Source of the DNA: an uncultured virus (IMG/VR IMGVR_UViG_3300035520_000308)
Lineage: Duplodnaviria > Heunggongvirae > Uroviricota > Caudoviricetes
Reading direction: 5' to 3' (one strand)
DNA: 20,000 nt
IMG/VR virus record: IMGVR_UViG_3300035520_000308
Below, piece by piece: positions 14,333-20,000 of this stretch. The notes under the pieces were generated by a model. The model did no database searches, was not told the DNA's origin, and saw only the letters and a list, made by a program, of their open reading frames with translations. The first letter of the stretch is position 1. Each line of letters opens with the position of its first letter. The translations under genes and the position numbers were made by a program.

Positions 14333-15042
14333 TAGCCACAATTACATCCGTTTCCAAAGGCATTAAGTGCTAATACCTGTGACTGGTAAGGTGAGCAAGT
14401 TAGATATGAAGGGCGAGGAACAGGCTGCAACTGATTGATTAAGTATGCATTCTGATTCTGCTGACTAATCTGGAAATTAGCCATCTGTAACTGCTCTCTA
14501 AGGCTGTTGACTTCTGTCTCACACATCTTATCAAGGATTTTCTGCACTCCGGCATTCTGCGCCTGAATAATGTTGCAAGTATTCTGTGCGTTTTCGTAAC
14601 GAACGCTATCAATGTTTCTATTGGTATCGCAGCAACAACTCTGCATCTGATAACCAAGATTTGCGATACCGCTCTGCGTGTTAAAACCCTGCTGCATAAC
14701 GTTCTGATTTACACTGTTTACCTGCGCTAAATTATCATAGCCAAGCTGACAGATTCCGCTTGTGATTCCGTCTAACTTTCCAAGGATAGCAGATGTATCA
14801 AATCCTCTCTGCACTGCATTGTCTGTGTAGTCGGATGAAATAGAACGTCCATTGTTGTTCGATGCTACCATAGATGCAATAGCAGCCATTTCAGCACCAT
14901 TACTTCCACCGCCATTTCCTCTATTGCCAAATACGCCGCCGCCTCCAAAGACAAGTAATCCAAAGAACAAAAGGATTGCCCACAACCATTGGTTATTGTT
15001 GTTATCGGTCTGTACTGGCACAAATTCTGTGTTACTAAACAT
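14332..15042 (-). CDS. Membrane-anchored Gly/Gln/Asn/Cys-rich coiled-coil protein of unknown function
   Basis: WLWAILLFFGLLVF TM segment, Gly-rich linker, VQRGFD...KLDGITSGIC, QSCCCDT, C-terminal GNGCNCG; GAGGT SD. Confidence 0.85.
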   Translation of the reverse strand: MFSNTEFVPVQTDNNNNQWLWAILLFFGLLVFGGGGVFGNRGNGGGSNGAEMAAIASMVASNNNGRSISSDYTDNAVQRGFDTSAILGKLDGITSGICQLGYDNLAQVNSVNQNVMQQGFNTQSGIANLGYQMQSCCCDTNRNIDSVRYENAQNTCNIIQAQNAGVQKILDKMCETEVNSLREQLQMANFQISQQNQNAYLINQLQPVPRPSYLTCSPYQSQVLALNAFGNGCNCG

Positions 15043-15100
15043 AACTTTTTACCTCGTTTCTTTAAAATTTATATACATAACCTTGCAAGTATTAGTATCG

Positions 15101-15388
15101 TTATTTAATTTCTTTCATAACTCCATCGACAACATTCTCAATGTCAACACCACGTTCCGCAAACATATTTGTTGCTTTTTCTTTTGCATTTCCACTATTT
15201 GCCATCTCCTGCGCTTGTTTCCAAAGTGGCGCATATTGTGGATTCTTGTTCACATACGCATTTACTATTCCAAATGCAACTTGTCCAGGATTAGCACTGC
15301 TTAAAACATTTTTTGCGATTTGTTTAAAACCGCTACCCATCAATTTCTGCACTATCTGGTTTACTATTTGATTTCCTTGCATTGCCAT
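15101..15388 (-). CDS. Small helical hypothetical protein
   Basis: AAAGGTGG SD before ATG 15388; overlaps the upstream gene end. Confidence 0.75.
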   Translation of the reverse strand: MAMQGNQIVNQIVQKLMGSGFKQIAKNVLSSANPGQVAFGIVNAYVNKNPQYAPLWKQAQEMANSGNAKEKATNMFAERGVDIENVVDGVMKEIK

Positions 15389-15857
15389 TCTTAGCACCAC
15401 CTTTCAATTCCTGTTTGAGATTTTCAAATTTTTCATCAAAGTATGCCTTTATGTCAAATTCCTCTTTCTGTTCGTCCTGTTGTTCTTCAGAAACTTTCTT
15501 GTAGACTGCGTAATCGCTACATCCTGTATTCATATTCAGAAATTTTGTGTAGATATATTCTCCGTTCACAAGTGGAAAATAGGTTATACTTCCGTCAAGA
15601 GGTGTCTCTGTTGCTTTCACAGTCTCAAAATCACTTACCATTTTCCCTTGTATTCCGATTGGCTGCTGATTTGGTAACTGCATTTGTGTTCCTACTTGAC
15701 TTCCAGACATTTGTGCCGGATACATATTATTCTGCTGCTGATACTGCGGATATTGCTGTTCCAACTGTTGCAATCTCTGCTGTGCATTCATCATGGGGTT
15801 ATATCCGTTGTTCTGATACATCCCCTGTTGTGGATAATAAGGATTGTACATCTGCAT
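15333..15857 (-). CDS. Protein with Gln/Tyr/Pro-rich low-complexity N-terminus and globular core
   Basis: AAGGAG SD; YNPYYPQQ...QQLEQQYPQYQQQ; TPLDGSITYFP...IYTK core. Confidence 0.85.
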   Translation of the reverse strand: MQMYNPYYPQQGMYQNNGYNPMMNAQQRLQQLEQQYPQYQQQNNMYPAQMSGSQVGTQMQLPNQQPIGIQGKMVSDFETVKATETPLDGSITYFPLVNGEYIYTKFLNMNTGCSDYAVYKKVSEEQQDEQKEEFDIKAYFDEKFENLKQELKGGAKNGNARKSNSKPDSAEIDG

Positions 15858-15987
15858 ATGGATTCTCCTTTACAATTTGTTCTATCACATCATCAAAAAC
15901 ATGGACTGCTGTTGCCTGTGTTCCTATCGGGATTTTTTGAATATCGGGATGCATGAATATTTTTTCTAAAACGTCATCGTTTAACAT
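15799..15987 (-). CDS. Small hypothetical protein (MLNDDVLEKIF...)
   Basis: AAGGAAGTG SD before ATG 15987. Confidence 0.7.
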   Translation of the reverse strand: MLNDDVLEKIFMHPDIQKIPIGTQATAVHVFDDVIEQIVKENPYADVQSLLSTTGDVSEQRI

Positions 15988-16033
15988 TCGTCTCACTTCC
16001 TTATGCCTAAATTCTGCCATAAACGCATAACTC

Positions 16034-16075
16034 AAAACAGTAAATTAAACGTACAAAAACAGTACCAAAACAGTA
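16034..16075. repeat. AAAACAGTA direct repeats at 11-bp phase
   Basis: Exact at 16034, 16056, 16067; degenerate at 16045. Confidence 0.75.
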
Positions 16076-16118
16076 AAAATTATAGTATAATAAGTGCAAT
16101 ATTTATAACACGCGGAGG

Positions 16119-16811
16119 ATGGATGATATGAATGGAAAAGATTTGGTCGGAACAGTTTACAAAGGATTTAAGGTCTTAGATTACAAAAGAGAAAATGATA
16201 GAAGTTATATTTTTGTCACTTGCCCGATCTGTGGAAAAAATTCTTGGAGAAGAAAAGACCTTATAGACTCCAATCCCTATTCTTGCGGATGCAAAAAGAA
16301 ACCGCAGTATGATGATTTGACAGGGCAAATTTTCGGCAGACTGAAAGCCATAGAGAAAACAGACAGATACACAAAAAGTGGACACGTGATATGGAAATGC
16401 AAGTGTAAATGCGGGAATATCGTGTATGAGCCATCAAATGTTTTAAAAAAAGGCGCAGCAAAAAGTTGCGAATGTCTCGCAAAAGAATGCCAATCGCAGA
16501 ATGGTAAAAATGTAGGAAAATTAATCAAAGATAAATATTGCATAGACGGAACAAATGTTCTGAATCTTACGTCAAAGATTCCAAAGAATAATACTTCAGG
16601 GATAAAAGGAGTCACGTATGATAAACAAAGATGCAAATGGCGCGCACAAATAGTGTTTAAAGGAAAGAATTATAACTTGGGAAGATATGCCTTGAAACAG
16701 GATGCCATAGAGGCTAGAAAGACTGCAGAAAGGGAATTTTATGGGAAATTTTTGGATTCTATGACGTATGTTGAAAAAGAATCGAATGGCGAAAACGCCG
16801 AGCAAACCTAG
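16119..16811 (+). CDS. AP2-domain DNA-binding protein with Cys-rich repeats (homing-endonuclease-associated type)
   Basis: DLTGQIFGRL...WKCKCKCG...SCEC repeats; NNTSGIKGVTYDKQRCKWRAQI...LGRY...AIEARKTAE AP2 motif; GGAGG SD. Confidence 0.85.
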   Translation: MDDMNGKDLVGTVYKGFKVLDYKRENDRSYIFVTCPICGKNSWRRKDLIDSNPYSCGCKKKPQYDDLTGQIFGRLKAIEKTDRYTKSGHVIWKCKCKCGNIVYEPSNVLKKGAAKSCECLAKECQSQNGKNVGKLIKDKYCIDGTNVLNLTSKIPKNNTSGIKGVTYDKQRCKWRAQIVFKGKNYNLGRYALKQDAIEARKTAEREFYGKFLDSMTYVEKESNGENAEQT

Positions 16812-16825
16812 CTTTTTGTCTTATC

Positions 16826-16871
16826 TTTTCAACTATCTTACGCAGTGGGCACGTTTAACGTTTGTTGAAAA
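16826..16871. other. Candidate attP of the serine recombinase
   Basis: 46-bp imperfect dyad TTTTCAAC...GTG-GG-CAC...GTTGAAAA, 10 bp from the recombinase stop. Confidence 0.55.
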
Positions 16872-16881
16872 AAATTGTTGA

Positions 16882-18222
16882 TTAAAAAGTGACAAAACGA
16901 ATCTCAATTTCATCGCCATTTATCACTATTTTTTCGATGCATTCTTTTAGAATTTTGTTCCTTTCTTGAATGCTTAGAATATCAAATGCATCAGAAATTC
17001 TCTTGATTTCATCAATGCTTTTCTTGTCACATTTCATGTCCCTTGATTTTTCTTTTTCAAGTTCCTCTTCCAGATTCTTCAATCTCAATTCTTCCTCTTG
17101 GATTAAGCTAAAGAGATTTTGGCTGTCGTTTTCTGCGTACAAGTTATAGAATTTCTTGATTTTTGCATTGGCTTTCTTGATTGCTTTTTCTATTTCATCT
17201 GCGTTGCTTTCTCTTTTCTTTGTATCATTTAGATTTATCAGAAAATCACCATAATTGGAAATTACTTCTCTTTCGACAGCATCCGCACGGACACAGTTAT
17301 CACAATCTCTGCTACGTTTCATGTATTCCTTTGTGGAATTGTAATGGGAATAGCATACCAGTTTGTGGTAATTCCCCCATTTCTGATACCGCATCCTCGC
17401 GCCACATTTTCCGCAAAAACATAATCCACTAAGCAGATGATTGTTTGTAATGTATGCATTTGTTGTCCTTTTCTTCATCTGCTCTTGCGTTTTTTCAAAG
17501 GTCTTCTTGTCGATGATAGGCTCATGCTTTCCCTTGTACATTCTTCCCTTATATTCGATATAGCCAATATTTGTTTTGCGTATCAGAATTTGATGTACAA
17601 TTCTTTCTCCCTTGAATCCCAACAAATCAGATATCTTATCGCAAGAATATCCCTCCAAATACATATGGTATGCTTGCCTCACATTTTCTGCCTCTTCCGG
17701 TACGATATGCAATATTCCATCGTTTCTGTCGTATCTATATCCGTATGGTGTTCTGCCACCACCCATCCAGTAACCTTTTTTAACGCGCTCAACCATTCCT
17801 GCTCTTGTCCGCAGATAAATAATTTCGCGCTCATACTGGTTTACAGCGGCATTCATAGTAATCATGACTTTATCCATCGGCGTGTCAGTTCTGATTTCTT
17901 CCGTCATGGATATAATCTTAACTCCGTACATCGGAAGAATTTCATACAGTAAATCCAATGTATCTTTCGTATCACGGCTAACTCTGTCTAGCTTATACAC
18001 ATAAACCCTATTGATTATTCCTCTTTTTGCATCGCTTAATAGTTCCTGCACTGCCGGTCTTTCCAACTTTGCACCACTATATCCACCATCTACATACCAC
18101 CTGCTGATAGTGATATCGTTTTTTTCGCAATATTCAGTTATTTCCTCTCTTTGCAAATCAAGTCCATACTTCTCAACCTGTGCGTCCGTTGACACTCTTA
18201 AATATGCAACATCTTTTTTCAT
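16882..18222 (-). CDS. Large serine recombinase/integrase
   Basis: YLRVSTDAQ catalytic Ser, DGGYSG, VYKLDRVSR, PYGY, HEPII, LSGLCFCGKCG Zn ribbon, coiled coil. Confidence 0.96.
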   Translation of the reverse strand: MKKDVAYLRVSTDAQVEKYGLDLQREEITEYCEKNDITISRWYVDGGYSGAKLERPAVQELLSDAKRGIINRVYVYKLDRVSRDTKDTLDLLYEILPMYGVKIISMTEEIRTDTPMDKVMITMNAAVNQYEREIIYLRTRAGMVERVKKGYWMGGGRTPYGYRYDRNDGILHIVPEEAENVRQAYHMYLEGYSCDKISDLLGFKGERIVHQILIRKTNIGYIEYKGRMYKGKHEPIIDKKTFEKTQEQMKKRTTNAYITNNHLLSGLCFCGKCGARMRYQKWGNYHKLVCYSHYNSTKEYMKRSRDCDNCVRADAVEREVISNYGDFLINLNDTKKRESNADEIEKAIKKANAKIKKFYNLYAENDSQNLFSLIQEEELRLKNLEEELEKEKSRDMKCDKKSIDEIKRISDAFDILSIQERNKILKECIEKIVINGDEIEIRFVTF

Positions 18223-18244
18223 TCCTAACCTCCTTTGTTAAATA

Positions 18245-18300
18245 AAAAGGCTAGGTTTGCTCTAGCCTTTTATTCTAAACTATTTGCTCTTTTTTGTCAA
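18245..18300 (-). promoter_or_regulatory. Recombinase promoter overlapping a bidirectional terminator hairpin
   Basis: TTGACA(18295-300)-17-TAGAAT(18272-77); AAAAGGCTAG/CTAGCCTTTT hairpin. Confidence 0.65.
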
Positions 18301-18618
18301 TTTCTCGGACAGTATTTCTTTCACTTTTTCGATTTCTATCTCGTAGTTCTTGATTTCATCCTTTGTTACACGTTTTCCGTTAATGTAAATCGTTGTTATC
18401 AATGTCAATCCCTCCACAAAATTTATTATTTTTACGGATATTTTTTTCTTTCTCTTTGTCACTGTCGATAGAGATACTCCCAATCTATCGGCTATCTGTA
18501 CATCACTACATCTTCTGCTTGCCATTTTTAACAACGTGTCTTCATCTTCGGTTAAGTTACAGTTTTCTTCTAAAAATTCGATTTCCGGCTTACTCAACCT
18601 GTAAAAATATGTTTGCAT
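18280..18618 (-). CDS. LuxR/GerE- or sigma-r4-like HTH regulator with C-terminal extension
   Basis: NLTEDEDTLLKM...SDVQIADRLGVSLSTVTKRKKKI. Confidence 0.8.
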   Translation of the reverse strand: MQTYFYRLSKPEIEFLEENCNLTEDEDTLLKMASRRCSDVQIADRLGVSLSTVTKRKKKISVKIINFVEGLTLITTIYINGKRVTKDEIKNYEIEIEKVKEILSEKLTKKSK

Positions 18619-18633
18619 AAGCCGTGTTCCTTT

Positions 18634-19074
18634 CTACTTGTTCTTTTTCGAGATTTTCTCCTGTCTCATTTTTACGTTTTCGAAAGACAGCTCTCTAAGC
18701 TCATCCGGGATTGTATAGTCGATATCACATTCATCTCTCATAATTTCCACCACATCATCCCAAGACATTACTCCCTCTGATAGCATATGCGCTGTCTCTT
18801 CAAAATATTCCAGTAATTTTACCAAACTTTTATTTCCAAATCCAAACTTTTCATGAATCACGAAAGACATCATGAGCAATATGGTTTTGTAACAGCTATC
18901 TTGCATTTCCATAACTGTTTCATTCAAATCTTTCTTGGAAACTCCAATCGGTAAATTTGTCGCAAATCTCATTTTGCACTCTTTTTCAAGTCCCTCGACT
19001 CCGCTTTTCCTAGCTACATCGAGTGCATGAGACATCCCCTGTCTTCTTAAATATTCCTCCTTAGATTGTCCCAT
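18634..19074 (-). CDS. Hypothetical phage protein
   Basis: GGAGG SD; IHEKFGFG motif; operon packing. Confidence 0.8.
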   Translation of the reverse strand: MGQSKEEYLRRQGMSHALDVARKSGVEGLEKECKMRFATNLPIGVSKKDLNETVMEMQDSCYKTILLMMSFVIHEKFGFGNKSLVKLLEYFEETAHMLSEGVMSWDDVVEIMRDECDIDYTIPDELRELSFENVKMRQEKISKKNK

Positions 19075-19615
19075 TTCTCTTTTCCCTCCTCTTGTTCAAA
19101 ATTTCTTCTCTATGCCTTAAATAGTAATTTCTGCAGCATTCTGCATTCTTACCACTTGTTATCCTGTTTGTTTGTTTTATTTTCTGCATTTCCATGCCTT
19201 TTTGCGATTGCAAATATTTTCTTTGCGTTTCCTTAAATTTTTCTGATTGTGCGTATCTTTTTCTAGCAAGTTTCCCTTTCTCGGATTGTGCGTATTTTTT
19301 TCTGCGTTCTTTCCCTTTTTCGCTTTCGTCATACTTTTTCTTTGTTGCTTTTCCTTTTTCGGATTCTGCGTATCTCTTGCTTGCGCATTTGCCTTTTGGA
19401 CTTCTTGCGTATCTTCTTTGAGATTCCCTTTTTCTAATAATCTCAGGTTCTAATATTTCTCTTGCTTTTGTTATTTTCTCGTCAATTTTATCCTGCTCTA
19501 GTATGTCTGCATACTCCAAATCATCATAGTAGCAATCATCATACGGACATTGCAAACAATTTGGATATATGCACAATCTTGGTTTCTTAGTCCCTAATCC
19601 ACCAATGCTTGCCAT
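19061..19615 (-). CDS. Basic protein with Cys4 N-terminus and 13-aa tandem repeats
   Basis: AAGGAG SD before ATG 19615; CIYPNCLQCPYDDC; (K/R)(K/R)YxxSxKGK x6. Confidence 0.8.
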   Translation of the reverse strand: MASIGGLGTKKPRLCIYPNCLQCPYDDCYYDDLEYADILEQDKIDEKITKAREILEPEIIRKRESQRRYARSPKGKCASKRYAESEKGKATKKKYDESEKGKERRKKYAQSEKGKLARKRYAQSEKFKETQRKYLQSQKGMEMQKIKQTNRITSGKNAECCRNYYLRHREEILNKRREKRNGTI

Positions 19616-19841
19616 ACTTTTTCTCACACTCCTTCCCTTGCCATTCCATGTAGTCAACTGCTAACATGGTGGCAAATTCGCTAAATTCTGTAGATTTGAA
19701 TTTTTCCGTAAATGAATCAAAATCAGAACACATCTCGGAAAACCATTCATCTTCATCCCTCGGATTTGCAAATTTCTTACACAGCTTAAAGTAAAGATTG
19801 AACAACTCCCACCCATCCGAGCCTTTTGAAAAATCAGCCAA
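19587..19841 (-). CDS. Hypothetical phage protein
   Basis: GAGGAAG SD, TTG start. Confidence 0.7.
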   Translation of the reverse strand: MADFSKGSDGWELFNLYFKLCKKFANPRDEDEWFSEMCSDFDSFTEKFKSTEFSEFATMLAVDYMEWQGKECEKKYGKHWWIRD

Positions 19842-19857
19842 ATAAAATCACTTCCTC

Positions 19858-20000
19858 TCAATCGTCAAATGGCGTTTCATCTCCATCGTTTGTAAATCCA
19901 TCATTTATACTCCATCCATAATCCACATATAAATCATCTCCCTGACCGTATATTCTCTTGGATTTTTGGTCATATTCCAGTAGATAACCTTTTGTCTCTG
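19858..20000 (-). CDS. C-terminal fragment, probably a replicative helicase or primase-helicase
   Basis: ...LEYDQKSKRIYG...YGW...DGDETPFDD* acidic tail; only 46 codons visible. Confidence 0.45.
   Translation of the reverse strand, partial: ETKGYLLEYDQKSKRIYGQGDDLYVDYGWSINDGFTNDGDETPFDD

Noticed and set aside
648..19453. Numerous plus-strand ORFs antisense to minus-strand genes (e.g. 2020-2574, 14852-15304, 17437-17952)
   Set aside because: Shadow frames of well-supported genes, without SDs or motifs

Overview
The window is a 20-kb piece of an AT-rich temperate Bacillota (Clostridia-type, probably gut) phage genome, mostly minus-strand, with phage genes on both sides of a serine recombinase and no host junction. 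From left to right it holds: small Zn-ribbon and membrane ORFs; a divergent ThyX-like gene and dUTPase; a sigma70-region-4/RNAP alpha-CTD fusion; and a replication initiator preceded by two similarly built 3-way-junction leader RNAs. A ~1.6-kb ORF-free, densely structured minus-strand region (4927-6521) follows, with at least five tRNA-like modules that keep acceptor, D and T arms but have missing or altered anticodon arms, plus a kissing-loop 3-way junction. Next come a putative terminase small subunit, two RHH/Arc-type regulators each with its own repeat array, and a divergent early operon punctuated by a type II hammerhead ribozyme and tRNA-like mini-elements. The rest holds an antirepressor, a Gln/Cys-rich gene cluster of unknown function, an AP2-domain gene, a large serine recombinase with a candidate attP, an HTH regulator and the tail of a probable helicase. 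All product calls come from motif recognition by eye; no searches were run.
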